Position numbers and translations under genes: made by a program
Shown here: positions 46,500 through 56,781 of the stretch, in pieces
How positions within the stretch are numbered: the first letter of the stretch is position 1
Layout of the letters: the number at the start of each line of letters is the position of its first letter
Virus record (IMG/VR): IMGVR_UViG_3300033121_001723
Span: 1 to 64,000 of that record
Length of the DNA stretch: 64,000 bases
Source: a virus
Lineage: Duplodnaviria; Caudoviricetes
Reading direction: 5' to 3' (one strand)
The notes under the pieces: model-generated
Databases searched by the model: none
Seen by the model: only the letters and a program-made list of their open reading frames with translations
Told to the model about the DNA's origin: nothing

Positions 46500-47639
46500 T
46501 CACTCTGTGTCCCGCAATGCCCGGCGGATAATGGACTGGCCCGGTGTGGTCTGTTTCAGACTGTTGACCGGCTCGTTCCACCCCCGTTCGACCAAAGCCT
46601 TGGTTATCAAACTCCACAACGCGTCCGGCTGATAATCGTCCGGTTTAACACCGTCCGGCATCCGGATAATGATTGAATGGTTTGGGGCGCATGCCTGCAG
46701 CATGCGTACCGCTTGAGCTGCTTTGTCTCGCCCCGACTGCGGGTTAACCCGCCAGGTATCGCCGTCTAGCAGACTCACCACAAATCCCTCGCGGGACAAC
46801 TCCGACAACAGCTCCGCTTGCGGACTACTGATACTCGACCCGAAACACGATACGAATTGAGGTCCGAAAGTCCACGTCGTTGTCACACCCTCGACCAAGC
46901 AGACAATCTTGTATTTCTTGGCTGCGTCGAAGTTGTACAGGTATTCAGACTTTGAAAACTGATTGGAATTGTAGTACTTCTGGACCCTGAACCGTTTCCA
47001 GTCCAAATCACCAACGTACCGGCCCTGCCAGCCCACGCAGATCCCGTTCGAATACACAGGTATAACAATCCGACCCTGCATCGCCGGATACTGTTCTGCC
47101 GCCTCTTCGCAATAGCCGACAGAGTACTTGTCCGACAGCTCACGAATGTTGTACCCACGAATCCCCAGGTACTGGACAGCTGGGTGTGTCAAAGGCAGGT
47201 CGCCGATCGGAATCACGGCCCCCGGTGGATCGACAGCTCCCGCCACTCTGGTGGACTGTTTTACACCTTTTCTGATATTCGACACGCACCGGATCTGGTG
47301 TGGCATCGCCCCGTAAATCTCGTAGTCGAGCTGGGCCGTTCTCCCGGGGTTTCTCTGGTAGCAATACTCATTGTTGCAATGCAACAAGTTTTTGTGGCGG
47401 CTCTTGGCCTCCGGGTCCCACATCCCCCACAGATAACTCACCCAAAGCCTGCGTCTCGTGTCGCCGCACCATGGGCAATTAACCCGGTAGTACTCGCCGC
47501 CTCTGTACTTTACTTGGGGGCCAGACAGCGTTAATTCCGGGTACGGAACAGCCTCGATGCCAGCGTTGGCTACTTGCACGTCTCCGAACCGTTGCAACAG
47601 CCGTCCGTACAACAGCTCGTTTAACGGTCGACCTATCAT
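46500..47639 (-). CDS. dnaG: DnaG-like primase
   Basis: CPWCGD Zn finger, YLGIRG, GRIVIPV, GRY, LVEG..T, LLDGD Toprim. Confidence 0.85.
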   Translation of the reverse strand: MIGRPLNELLYGRLLQRFGDVQVANAGIEAVPYPELTLSGPQVKYRGGEYYRVNCPWCGDTRRRLWVSYLWGMWDPEAKSRHKNLLHCNNEYCYQRNPGRTAQLDYEIYGAMPHQIRCVSNIRKGVKQSTRVAGAVDPPGAVIPIGDLPLTHPAVQYLGIRGYNIRELSDKYSVGYCEEAAEQYPAMQGRIVIPVYSNGICVGWQGRYVGDLDWKRFRVQKYYNSNQFSKSEYLYNFDAAKKYKIVCLVEGVTTTWTFGPQFVSCFGSSISSPQAELLSELSREGFVVSLLDGDTWRVNPQSGRDKAAQAVRMLQACAPNHSIIIRMPDGVKPDDYQPDALWSLITKALVERGWNEPVNSLKQTTPGQSIIRRALRDTE

Positions 47640-47667
47640 TTTTACCCCCTCTCACATCACTTGGAGG

Positions 47668-49335
47668 TTAAAGAGTCACAACCACAGCAGGCTGCTGCAA
47701 CACCGCCGCCAGAGAACCTTCACTGGCTTCCGTGTCATACTGTTCATCGTCTCCCGACTGCACTTGATTGAGGTGGCTGGCCAACTCGATCCGTCGCCGG
47801 TTGTAGTTGATGGCGAACTTCTTGCCGCCGTCTTCCATGCGAGCCATGGCCCCGTTGATATAGAGGATCTTCGGCTCCGGTAGTCCGGCCGACCGCCGGG
47901 TTTTGCTGAAGTTCAGCAGAGTACAGCTGCTGCCTTTGTCCTTGGTGCCTAGGCAGGCGCAGTAAGTCAGGGGTGCCGCGAACGCCGAACTCTCAGCAGC
48001 CTGCGTATGACTTGTCACACGCGTTGGATCTCCCTTATTCCCTTCATTGTTCAACTGGTGGAGCAGCCACACCGGTGTGTTGAATTTACCGGCCACGATC
48101 AGCCGGCAACGATCCACATAGCTGGCAACCGCATGTCGCTTATGCTTGGTCTCGTCCAAGCTCTCTTTGGCCAGCCAGCGATTCACCGCCAACAGGACAT
48201 AATCTATGATCACATTGGCAACCCCGGGGTTACCACGTCGCTGCTGATCCAGTTCGATCAGTGCGGCCACTTCCTCGATAAACCCGTCACCGGTACGGCT
48301 CTCCCGTGTGACCCCTGACAGATCGATAATCTGGATGATGTCCCGAAGTAGGGTTTGCTGCCCCATCAGTCTCTCATACTCGCCTGCCTGTACGGTACTT
48401 TGAGCATCAGTACCGAACCTGTCGGCATGGATCGCCCGTTCGTAAGGTTGGTAGTCACCTCTCAGACATGATGACAACTGCTCTGCGGGCTTGGATACCT
48501 CTGCCAAACGTCGCGTCAGAATGCTGGCGGCATTAGCCCGCAGCAAAATCTGGATATCAGACAGCGGCTGCTCGTATGTCACCACATACACAATCTTGAA
48601 CGGCGTTAGCGGCTGTCCGGCAGATTTTTGAGCGTCCCTTTTCGCCAGTTGAACCCGGCCACTGCCGACAGCCAATGTCACAGCCATAGTCGTCTTACCG
48701 ACACCCATCGGACCCAACAGCCCGTTGACGTCACCCGGCGCTGCCCCGCCTTCCATGAAGACATCGAAGAACGGGACTCCCGTGCTTTCAACAAACCTCT
48801 GGACAGACTGCTCTGTCCAGTTGTCGGGCAGTGCAGACTGCACCGGGAACTTGTCGACCTGCAGGATGTGCTGGTATCTCGCCGAAGCCTCAGCCAGCAA
48901 CTCCGGCAGTTCTGGTGTGTTTCCATTGGCCAGCGACGCAGCCAGCGGAGCGTACACGTAACGTTCCCGGAGAAACTGCCTCACGTACTCGCGAGTTATG
49001 CCGATCTCCAGCTCGGCCACCTTGACCCCATAGAACGCATAGACAAGGAGCCCAGGCCGCTCCCCCTCTGCCAGCAGTTCGAACAGGAGTTGCTCCGGAA
49101 ATCCGGTAAGCTCTGAGGCGGTCTTCATGACCGTATCCGCGATGCTGGAGAATGTCAGAGACCCGTACCGGTTGAACACATCCAGAGCGGACTTCCAAAG
49201 CAGCGCGTAGTGCTGCTCGTCTGGCAACTGGAAATGCTCAACACGGAGTAACCCGGCGGCCTCTTGGAACGCCGCCGGAGTGCGCAGCAACCGCACCAGC
49301 ATCGCTTCAATCATGGCGGATGTGAACTGCGTCAT
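47668..49335 (-). CDS. dnaB: DnaB-like replicative helicase
   Basis: GPMGVGKTT (Walker A), VTYEQ, IIDYV (Walker B), LLHQLN. Confidence 0.85.
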   Translation of the reverse strand: MTQFTSAMIEAMLVRLLRTPAAFQEAAGLLRVEHFQLPDEQHYALLWKSALDVFNRYGSLTFSSIADTVMKTASELTGFPEQLLFELLAEGERPGLLVYAFYGVKVAELEIGITREYVRQFLRERYVYAPLAASLANGNTPELPELLAEASARYQHILQVDKFPVQSALPDNWTEQSVQRFVESTGVPFFDVFMEGGAAPGDVNGLLGPMGVGKTTMAVTLAVGSGRVQLAKRDAQKSAGQPLTPFKIVYVVTYEQPLSDIQILLRANAASILTRRLAEVSKPAEQLSSCLRGDYQPYERAIHADRFGTDAQSTVQAGEYERLMGQQTLLRDIIQIIDLSGVTRESRTGDGFIEEVAALIELDQQRRGNPGVANVIIDYVLLAVNRWLAKESLDETKHKRHAVASYVDRCRLIVAGKFNTPVWLLHQLNNEGNKGDPTRVTSHTQAAESSAFAAPLTYCACLGTKDKGSSCTLLNFSKTRRSAGLPEPKILYINGAMARMEDGGKKFAINYNRRRIELASHLNQVQSGDDEQYDTEASEGSLAAVLQQPAVVVTL

Positions 49336-50048
49336 TTGTGTCCCTTGTGGTTACGGTAGGCATACAGTTGTTCCATAGTGGCCTCCCTCAGTTTCTGTGG
49401 GATTTTGCTACCCCACAACCTGTCGTACAAATCCCTTTTCAGCAGGTATTCCGTCACGGCCGCTGGAAGCAGCTTATCGGCCAGATCGCTTATCCCGGTC
49501 TGCACGGCCAGGCAGTACCGGAACAGGATCGTCAGCACCGATCTTCGGTCGGCTACCAGCTCCCGGTAAATCTGGGTCTGGCTCTGGTAAGCCGGATTCC
49601 GTGTCAACGTAGAAAACTGCGTGTTGGCGTAGTCCGACTGCATCCGCAGCGACGCTGCCAGCACTTCTTCAGAGCTCGGCGAGTTGTAATACTTGGCGAG
49701 GTTCGCCTGAGATAACGCGCCGCGAGGCTCCGGAGGTCGGACACCCGGCCATGACTCCAGAAACAAATCGATCAGCCTGAGCGGGTCTATTCCGCTAGCC
49801 GACAAGGCCGCAAACTCCGGCCAGATCGGATTGTGTCGACGCCCATGGGATGTCGTTCCCCCATCCCAACTTTTCCGGAAAGCCGCCACCTCGGCTAACG
49901 CATCCGAATCTGTTCCATTACGGGCGTTGAGCATATTGGACACCGAATTGACCCAATACTCCCGGATTTGCAGCTCCCACGGAGTCGGCTCCGGTATTAC
50001 TTGGGCCTTGTTTGCCAACGCCCGTCGGAGCTTCGGATTGTTACTCAT
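49332..50048 (-). CDS. hypothetical protein (start reassigned to ATG 50048)
   Basis: Stop overlaps the helicase start (ATGA). Confidence 0.6.
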   Translation of the reverse strand: MSNNPKLRRALANKAQVIPEPTPWELQIREYWVNSVSNMLNARNGTDSDALAEVAAFRKSWDGGTTSHGRRHNPIWPEFAALSASGIDPLRLIDLFLESWPGVRPPEPRGALSQANLAKYYNSPSSEEVLAASLRMQSDYANTQFSTLTRNPAYQSQTQIYRELVADRRSVLTILFRYCLAVQTGISDLADKLLPAAVTEYLLKRDLYDRLWGSKIPQKLREATMEQLYAYRNHKGHK

Positions 50049-50061
50049 TCCTGGGACCCCT

Positions 50062-51558
50062 TTACAGTCGTACTGGCTGCCGCACCTGCGTCCAGCCCTT
50101 TTTCTTATACCTACGAAATCGGGCTGCGGACTTCGCAGCAAACCTCTTATCGAAGTAATCCCAACAGTCGTACACGATCCCGATCGCCTTCCCAGACGCC
50201 TCGTGAGTTCGCACCACCCGGCCTGGGGCTTGATCGTCCGCTGTCTCACTATCTCCAGCGGCACCACGGATCAGAACCGCTAGCTGCTCGAAGGAGACCC
50301 CCGTACTCCACACGTCGGTCGCGATCACGTGCCGCAGTGTCCCCTCTTCAAACTCTTGCCGCATCCGCTCGCGGTCGGCCGGCTTTAACGCTTTGTACCC
50401 TTCAGGGAGCGTCCCTTCGGCTACAAACTCGTCAAATCGGGCGTCTTCTGAATTACCGTAGCACAATGAGTAACCAGGAAGCAGCTGATGCAGCCGTACG
50501 GCATGCTCGATGGTGTCCACCAAGATCAATACCTGTTCATCGCCGTGTGCCAAGGCAGCATTGGCGATGATGGTGTTGCGGACGGTGTTGTTCCACAAAC
50601 CGTGCTTCTTGACGTAGGTGTCATTGCTGTAACCGGCCGCCGGATTGATGTCCAGCTGCACATTGAGCCACCGGACCTCGACCGGCACCACCAGCCCGTT
50701 GGCTGTCCCCTCTTGCCAGCTCAGGTAGAAAATTTGAGGCCCGAACATGTACTCCAGCCGAATACTGGTCCCGTCCTTACGCCCGTACGGCGTCGCGGTG
50801 AATGCGAAATTGCGAGAGTACACGAACGTCCTGAGAATCATCTCAGCGTCGGTGTCCGTGCATAACTCATGCGCCTCGTCGGCAAACATGAAATCGACGT
50901 CCGGATCGGCGTGCCGCAGCGATTTTGACACGTACACGGTAACCCGGCCGTACTTTCGCTTGCCGTCCCCGACGAACCCCACTTGCGGAATAACACGGGT
51001 CAGACGCCTGAAAATGGTTTGAGCCACATCCCTGCGTCTGGTAACGACAGCAAACTTGGCTGTCGGAAACAGGACGGCCAACCGACACAGCATCTCCGTC
51101 TTACCAAAAGCCGGAATGGCGTTGATCACACCGCCGAGAGCTTGGGCCACTATGCCAACACACTCCCTTTGTCTGTACCGCCAGACGGTAAATCTGGCGT
51201 CGAGCCGCTCCCAATCGGGTACGTAGGCTTTAGGTCTAGTCTTGGCCGGAGACAGGTCTTGATGGGTCAGGCTGTAACCACAACCCGCCGCGATTTGTGC
51301 CAATCTCGGCAGCATCCCCAACGATGTCTGTAACTCGCCTGTCGGCAACTTGTCGTATAGCCGTCGCGGTGTTATCTCCACATGCCGTCGTGTCCCGTCG
51401 GCCTGCAGCTGCTCCACGCCCCGCAGATGTTCAACATGATTGTACACCAGTGGTTTTGTCAGCATATCCCACAGATACTGCGGAATAGGCGACCCGTCGG
51501 CCATGCCGATAGCGATGAATATGCCGTGCCTGCGCACCAGCAGTTGCGGACCGCTCAT
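50062..51558 (-). CDS. SF2 DExH helicase (UvsW-like)
   Basis: AIPAFGKT, DEAH, TATP, IATDVWSTGVS, QAPGRVVR. Confidence 0.9.
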   Translation of the reverse strand: MSGPQLLVRRHGIFIAIGMADGSPIPQYLWDMLTKPLVYNHVEHLRGVEQLQADGTRRHVEITPRRLYDKLPTGELQTSLGMLPRLAQIAAGCGYSLTHQDLSPAKTRPKAYVPDWERLDARFTVWRYRQRECVGIVAQALGGVINAIPAFGKTEMLCRLAVLFPTAKFAVVTRRRDVAQTIFRRLTRVIPQVGFVGDGKRKYGRVTVYVSKSLRHADPDVDFMFADEAHELCTDTDAEMILRTFVYSRNFAFTATPYGRKDGTSIRLEYMFGPQIFYLSWQEGTANGLVVPVEVRWLNVQLDINPAAGYSNDTYVKKHGLWNNTVRNTIIANAALAHGDEQVLILVDTIEHAVRLHQLLPGYSLCYGNSEDARFDEFVAEGTLPEGYKALKPADRERMRQEFEEGTLRHVIATDVWSTGVSFEQLAVLIRGAAGDSETADDQAPGRVVRTHEASGKAIGIVYDCWDYFDKRFAAKSAARFRRYKKKGWTQVRQPVRL

Positions 51559-51644
51559 GGCGACACCGCAACATTTAGCGTTTTTGCGTAGCTTGCGGAT
51601 TGAAATCCGGACGGTACGCGAGTAGATTTACGAAACCGAGGCAT
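51555..51644 (-). CDS. 29-aa basic peptide coupled to the SF2 helicase
   Basis: MPRFRKSTRVPSGFQSASYAKTLNVAVSP*; AAGGAG/GGAG RBS; ATGA overlap. Confidence 0.5.
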   Translation of the reverse strand: MPRFRKSTRVPSGFQSASYAKTLNVAVSP

Positions 51645-51673
51645 CTCCACACTCCTTGCCTTGGATTGATATC

Positions 51674-51706
51674 GAACCCGGGGTGCCGGCGAAGCACCCC
51701 GGGTTC
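51674..51706. terminator. 13-bp perfect hairpin
   Basis: GAACCCGGGGTGC-7nt-GCACCCCGGGTTC; weak U tract. Confidence 0.55.
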
Positions 51707-51724
51707 TTTCATGGACCGACCAAC

Positions 51725-51973
51725 TTAACCAGTATGCGCTGGTTTTTCCAGTGTCGTCTTTCTGGCAAAACCTTGGGCGGCTGGCTTAGCCCCCTCCAAG
51801 GCCCGTTCTACCGCCAGGCACGGCTGACAAGCCCGTCCGGAACGTCCCGGTCCGATCTTGCAACCACAAGCCCTGCAATAACGTTGCGCGAATTGACTGG
51901 TTGGCACCGGTACTGGAAGGTTGTATGTATCCGCCAGCTTAGCCAGCTGTACCAACGCGGCGTTGACCAACAT
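51725..51973 (-). CDS. small Zn-finger protein
   Basis: CRACGC...CQPC; AGGAG upstream of ATG 51973. Confidence 0.55.
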   Translation of the reverse strand: MLVNAALVQLAKLADTYNLPVPVPTSQFAQRYCRACGCKIGPGRSGRACQPCLAVERALEGAKPAAQGFARKTTLEKPAHTG

Positions 51974-51986
51974 AATGACTCCTGAA

Positions 51987-52913
51987 CTACTGCGATTTGG
52001 TGAAGTCCCGAAAAGCTTGTTGCTCCTCCGGACGTACAAAAAACTGGTCTGGACTGAACAATGGTCCATGGGCGCCTCCCTGCGTCAGCAGGTCGATCCA
52101 CACGTCTCTCAGGTAACTTACCAAGATCTGTGACGAACGCACGGCCGCTACCGCCCGGCTTCTGGCGACATGACATCCGAATACACGAAACAGGAAATTC
52201 CGCGGGTCCCGCATATCGACCAGCCTCGCCTCCTCTGGAGTCTGCGGCATCCAGCACCAATAGACAGTCCAACAGCTGAAATGCCGCCCGGTCAATTGCC
52301 CGTCCAGGCACTCTGAAAACGTCTGCGGCCTCAAACCCAAGTACGCATACAGTGCCGCATGCCTGTCAGGCTTATCCCTGTTGATATACCAACGCGGATC
52401 GAGCACATTTCCTACAAACCGGCCAAACCATTCGGCAGAGATAGTCGGTACGAACTGGGCCATTGACCACAGAGGGTGGGAATGCACCAAATCCAGCGGC
52501 ACCGGTTTCTTCGCGTCCCGGGCGTAATCCGCCAGCTGATAGGAGACCACATCCGACGCTACAGACTTCCGCCACCCACCGAGGCTGGCGGGATAAGCCG
52601 GGGCACTGGCTAAAGCATGCAGGGTATCTTGGGTTCCAAACCCACCCGGGGCCAGTCTGGGAGACCCCAACTGTACTTGGATGTCCGGGTTGTATTTCGC
52701 ATGCTGCAGTAAAGCCGACACAAGCGAAGCATTCTCATACCCGCCCGTAACCCGGATCACTCCGGTCAATTTAGCGGAGTCTATGTACTCCCAAACCTCC
52801 AGCCGTGTCCGAGAAGGAACACGGCCGCCAGAACGGCAAGTCCAAACTTGGCCTTCGTCATCCAGGTGCAAAAACAGAGGGTATTCATCGTCTTGGATTA
52901 AAGGTCTCGACAT
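51987..52913 (-). CDS. degenerate IS110-family-like protein
   Basis: TGGY...L...L....V.LGSPR and VPTIS....RFVGNVLDPRWY...AALYAYLGLRP resemble the IS110 DEDD and HhH (Transposase_20) segments. Confidence 0.5.
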   Translation of the reverse strand: MSRPLIQDDEYPLFLHLDDEGQVWTCRSGGRVPSRTRLEVWEYIDSAKLTGVIRVTGGYENASLVSALLQHAKYNPDIQVQLGSPRLAPGGFGTQDTLHALASAPAYPASLGGWRKSVASDVVSYQLADYARDAKKPVPLDLVHSHPLWSMAQFVPTISAEWFGRFVGNVLDPRWYINRDKPDRHAALYAYLGLRPQTFSECLDGQLTGRHFSCWTVYWCWMPQTPEEARLVDMRDPRNFLFRVFGCHVARSRAVAAVRSSQILVSYLRDVWIDLLTQGGAHGPLFSPDQFFVRPEEQQAFRDFTKSQ

Positions 52914-55047
52914 GATCGACTAGGTGTCCCACGGCCTCGTGTGTGATCAGTATGCACTGCAGGCTGCGGCTCTGGGACAACTGATGCAACTTACCCAACG
53001 CCAAGTCCAGACATCCGATGTTATCGGAGTCCAGATAAGCTGTTGGCTCGTCGAGGCATAGCATCCCCAGGTCCTTCGCGAAGCGTGCGTTGATTGCGAT
53101 ACGAAACGCCAAGGCCGTGATCACCCTCTGACCGCCGGACAACCGCACCAACGGTTGGTTCCGACCATCGAAAAAGTTCGCGCGGTAGCTCAGTCCGTCC
53201 TCCGATTGTAACCGAAATTCCGCATTAAACATGCTCAGAATATCGTTAGTGTCATAAGCCAATGCGTCCAAGTACCTCTTGGCCGCCAAGCTTGGTAAAT
53301 TGTCTCGATGCAGCACCGTCCTGATGCTATTCAACTTTTCCCGAATCTTTCGGGTCTTCTGGGCGCTGACCACAATGGCCATCGCACCGGCGAGTCGCAG
53401 GTTCACTGCTGCGATATCTGCTGTCAGCCGAACGACAGCCGCTTCTGCGACTGCCAACTCGGTTTTTGCTTTGCGCTTGGCCTCCAGAGACTGGAGTGCC
53501 GTAGCGTAGGCGGCCTCAGACGGGTTGGCTTGGATCTGCCGCAACAACTCCTCTTCCGCAGCCACCAGCTGGGCTTGTGTCGTATGTGCCGCAGCCAACT
53601 CCGGCTGCAGCACGTTGGACAAAGCTTGAACGTTATCTCGACCGGACCGCCATGTCTGAATTGACGCAAGCAATGCGCTGGCAGCCTGCCAATCCGCCTC
53701 CGGTACGTCGAACACCGGTGGTGTCGCCATGTCGAAGTCGGCGAGGGCTTTCTTAGCGGCGTTGAGCGATGCGCGAGCTCTCAGCTCAGAGTCCGCGTAA
53801 GAAGTCGCCTTCAACTGATGAGCCTCCACGGCCGCAGCATACTTGCGATACGAGGCCAGTTGGGCCTCTAACCGCGGCTTATCGACCTTGGCTTGTCGCA
53901 CCGAAGCCGCCAGCCCGTCGTCCGATTTACGTTTGCACGTCGGACATACCGTGGCCCCGTCCTCGAACGTCTTCAGCAGCCCGTCCGCTTCTGCTAACTT
54001 GATCGCGGTCTTTTCGATCTCGGCCCGCACATCCGTCACTTCCGCAGGTCCGGTCCAAGTTACCTCAAGCACAGGCGGCTTGCCCAGCCTTTCCAACTCG
54101 GCCTCCGCCCTGGTCAAGGCCTCTGCGAGCGGCGTCCTGCGGGCTGCGTAAGATTGAGCTGACACCCGCTGACTCAGCCGCCCTTTGGACTCCTCCTCCC
54201 GCGACTCAGCGGCGGTAATCGCCTTGGACAACAGCTCGTACTGACTACGATACCCCTCCAGTTTATTGGATAGCTCGACAATCCTGGCCGCACCCTGCAA
54301 TTTACGGCTTTCGGCTTCCGGTCGTTTCGCCGCGGCTTCATTAGCCTTCCTGCGGCAGTCCAGCACCGCGGAATCTTCGTCCGGCTCCGACCAGTTCCGT
54401 AGATGTTCCAGCCGAGAAACTTTACCGGCCTCGACCGTCAAGGCCTCAACCAAGGCGGCCTTCTCGGCCTCGATCGAAGCTACGTCCGGTGGCGTGATCT
54501 CCGGAGTGGTTGCCAGCTTGGTGCCGATCACCGCCCAGCACTCCTCCGCCCGGCTCAGCCCGAACAGCTTCTGGAACGCCACAGCCCTGTCTGCCGGACG
54601 TGTCTTGGCCGAGAACGGAGCAAACAGCTCTTCCTGCCCGACAAACACGTAGTCCGACAGCACCTGCTGTGTCGTACCAAGTAGCGCCAAAACCCGCTCC
54701 GTGGTTTTGGTATCCCCCTTCACCGACTCGATCTCAACACCGGCGGCGTTGAAAAGCGTAATGCTTGTCTGACCTCCTTTGAGGTACCGCTTCACAACCG
54801 CCCTGAAATCCCCATGCAGGAACTCCACCTCGACCAGTGATTGTGTCGGGTTGTCTGCCAGCTGTGAAACGTTCTCGGCCTTGGTTCCATCTTCCAGCGA
54901 CCCCACCAAGGCAAATGGGATGGCTTTCACCGCATTGGACTTCCCGGAGCCGTTAGGCCCCAGAAACGCCGTCACCCCCGGCGGCAACTTCATTACCCGG
55001 TCTTGGTGCTGGCACCAGTTCACCAATCGCACACTTGTCACTCGCAT
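52885..55047 (-). CDS. sbcC: SbcC/Rad50-like ATPase
   Basis: GPNGSGKS, CPTC Zn hook, LSGGQ, LCLDEPTAYLD, ITH. Confidence 0.92.
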   Translation of the reverse strand: MRVTSVRLVNWCQHQDRVMKLPPGVTAFLGPNGSGKSNAVKAIPFALVGSLEDGTKAENVSQLADNPTQSLVEVEFLHGDFRAVVKRYLKGGQTSITLFNAAGVEIESVKGDTKTTERVLALLGTTQQVLSDYVFVGQEELFAPFSAKTRPADRAVAFQKLFGLSRAEECWAVIGTKLATTPEITPPDVASIEAEKAALVEALTVEAGKVSRLEHLRNWSEPDEDSAVLDCRRKANEAAAKRPEAESRKLQGAARIVELSNKLEGYRSQYELLSKAITAAESREEESKGRLSQRVSAQSYAARRTPLAEALTRAEAELERLGKPPVLEVTWTGPAEVTDVRAEIEKTAIKLAEADGLLKTFEDGATVCPTCKRKSDDGLAASVRQAKVDKPRLEAQLASYRKYAAAVEAHQLKATSYADSELRARASLNAAKKALADFDMATPPVFDVPEADWQAASALLASIQTWRSGRDNVQALSNVLQPELAAAHTTQAQLVAAEEELLRQIQANPSEAAYATALQSLEAKRKAKTELAVAEAAVVRLTADIAAVNLRLAGAMAIVVSAQKTRKIREKLNSIRTVLHRDNLPSLAAKRYLDALAYDTNDILSMFNAEFRLQSEDGLSYRANFFDGRNQPLVRLSGGQRVITALAFRIAINARFAKDLGMLCLDEPTAYLDSDNIGCLDLALGKLHQLSQSRSLQCILITHEAVGHLVDHVETFNPRR

Positions 55048-56158
55048 CGATCTCGGCTCCCCACCGTTGAACAATCTCATCTAACACCGTTGCCGGAGGC
55101 CTGGGAGACTCCAGCAGCTGTAACGTATCCGGCTTGATCGCCGAGTCGGATTCCACCAGGGCGTCCAGACAAGCCGACAACGTCGCATCTACGACCTTGG
55201 AGCTGTCGATCACCGTGTTGAACCGGATCAAATCTTCCTTAGACTCCTCCAGCAGTTTCAGCCACCAGTGGGCCTTTCCATCCAGTGCAGATGTAATCTT
55301 CCGGTACCCGTCTGCGAACTCGGCTGGGTACGAAACTTCACACAATGGCTTACTGAGCTCTGGCGGCAGCTGTCCAATCGTCGCCAGATTCTCCACCAAG
55401 CTGACCAACTTATCCAGCTGGTCGGAAGAATCGATGCGGACCTTCAAGCACTGACGGGTCTTGAGCCGCACTGACCTGTAAGACAATTGCCGCCGCCCCG
55501 AGGAATCCACACCACCGTCGAAGCAGTACCAGAACATCTTCTCTGGAGGCTCAGCCAGATTCCGCATGCTCATCGACCCTGCTGAAAACATCGTCACAGG
55601 GCCTCGTGACGTATCGTGGGTTGTCACTTGGTGTTGATGGTAGTCTCCGGTCAGGATGTACCTGGCGTAGGGGACGTCCCGTACCGAACACTCAGGGTTC
55701 GTCAGCGACCCCATGTGCTCTGACCAGACTTGGTGACACACCAAGATGTCTGTGTCATCAGGTATTTTTGCAAACTCGGACTGTACTTCAGCACCTGCCG
55801 TCCAGTCCAAGCCGTAAAACCGCATGCCTGCAATACCGAATGCCGCTTGATGAACATGCGTCGGATGCGGATGCACGCTCATCCACGGAGGGTACCGGCG
55901 TTCGTGCTGCCCTTGCGTGAAAAACACAGGCAGTCCTGCCGCCTGCATTCTGTCCATCTGACGACACATACCCGCCACAGCCCCGGAATCAGGGCTCTCG
56001 CTGTCGAACAAGTCTCCGGCGGCGATCAACGGACAGCCGTTATCGATGCAGAAATCGACCAGTTGCTGCAAACTGAACAATGAATCGCCTGTCAGCGTGA
56101 CCCGGTGTTTCCAAGTCAGTGTCGACAGGTGCCAGTCAGACGAATGAACAAACGTCAT
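54953..56158 (-). CDS. sbcD: SbcD/Mre11-like metallophosphoesterase nuclease
   Basis: SDWHL, AGDLFD, QGQHE, HQ, GDYH. Confidence 0.92.
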   Translation of the reverse strand: MTFVHSSDWHLSTLTWKHRVTLTGDSLFSLQQLVDFCIDNGCPLIAAGDLFDSESPDSGAVAGMCRQMDRMQAAGLPVFFTQGQHERRYPPWMSVHPHPTHVHQAAFGIAGMRFYGLDWTAGAEVQSEFAKIPDDTDILVCHQVWSEHMGSLTNPECSVRDVPYARYILTGDYHQHQVTTHDTSRGPVTMFSAGSMSMRNLAEPPEKMFWYCFDGGVDSSGRRQLSYRSVRLKTRQCLKVRIDSSDQLDKLVSLVENLATIGQLPPELSKPLCEVSYPAEFADGYRKITSALDGKAHWWLKLLEESKEDLIRFNTVIDSSKVVDATLSACLDALVESDSAIKPDTLQLLESPRPPATVLDEIVQRWGAEIDASDKCAIGELVPAPRPGNEVAAGGDGVSGA

Positions 56159-56781
56159 GTTGCCTCTTTTGGGTTCCAGTTGATGTTGTCTTGGCAGAAC
56201 TTAACCGCAAACTCCTGGGCCTCCGTGGAGTTGTCTCGCACCGTGTTGGTAACTGCCCCGGCGACCCGGGCCGTAACCGAGTAACCGGGTTCTCCGCCCG
56301 TCATCTTGCGGATATAGCCTATCCGCTCTCCGGACAACAGGATCTCGAATTCTTTGTTCTTTGCTGCCCCCAGCTTTTTGAAAGAGACTTCACAGTCCCG
56401 CTTCTCCAACGTATGGTAGCACTCCAGCTTTCCGGGAGGGATTACGGGATCGTCCGGCACATTACGCAGCTCGTCCTGAAACTTTCCGAGCTCTTCATCC
56501 CGGGACCGTTTGAAGCAGGAATTGGCGTAGCGAACCATCCCGACGCACATCTGCCCACTGTCTGAGATAGCGGCGGGTGTCTTACCATCTGCCTGCAGGG
56601 CTGCGATATCCATATGGCAGATCAACTCCCCTATGTCACCAACCCGACCCACCCCTTCGACAAGCGGTCCGTGCGCGGTGTCCAGCAGATTATTGACCGT
56701 TAACGGGCCAAGGTAGCCTCGCACCGCGCCTAATCGGAACGGGCACTCCGCGCACATCTTTTTTCTCTTGAACGTCGGCAT
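56155..56781 (-). CDS. Cys-rich hypothetical protein
   Basis: CAECPFR...ICH...QMCVG motif; ATGA overlap with sbcD. Confidence 0.65.
   Translation of the reverse strand: MPTFKRKKMCAECPFRLGAVRGYLGPLTVNNLLDTAHGPLVEGVGRVGDIGELICHMDIAALQADGKTPAAISDSGQMCVGMVRYANSCFKRSRDEELGKFQDELRNVPDDPVIPPGKLECYHTLEKRDCEVSFKKLGAAKNKEFEILLSGERIGYIRKMTGGEPGYSVTARVAGAVTNTVRDNSTEAQEFAVKFCQDNINWNPKEAT

Noticed and set aside
51559-51724. Bridge RNA next to the IS110-like gene
   Set aside because: The space is accounted for by a single hairpin and a 29-aa ORF with a good RBS; no two-loop bridge structure is evident
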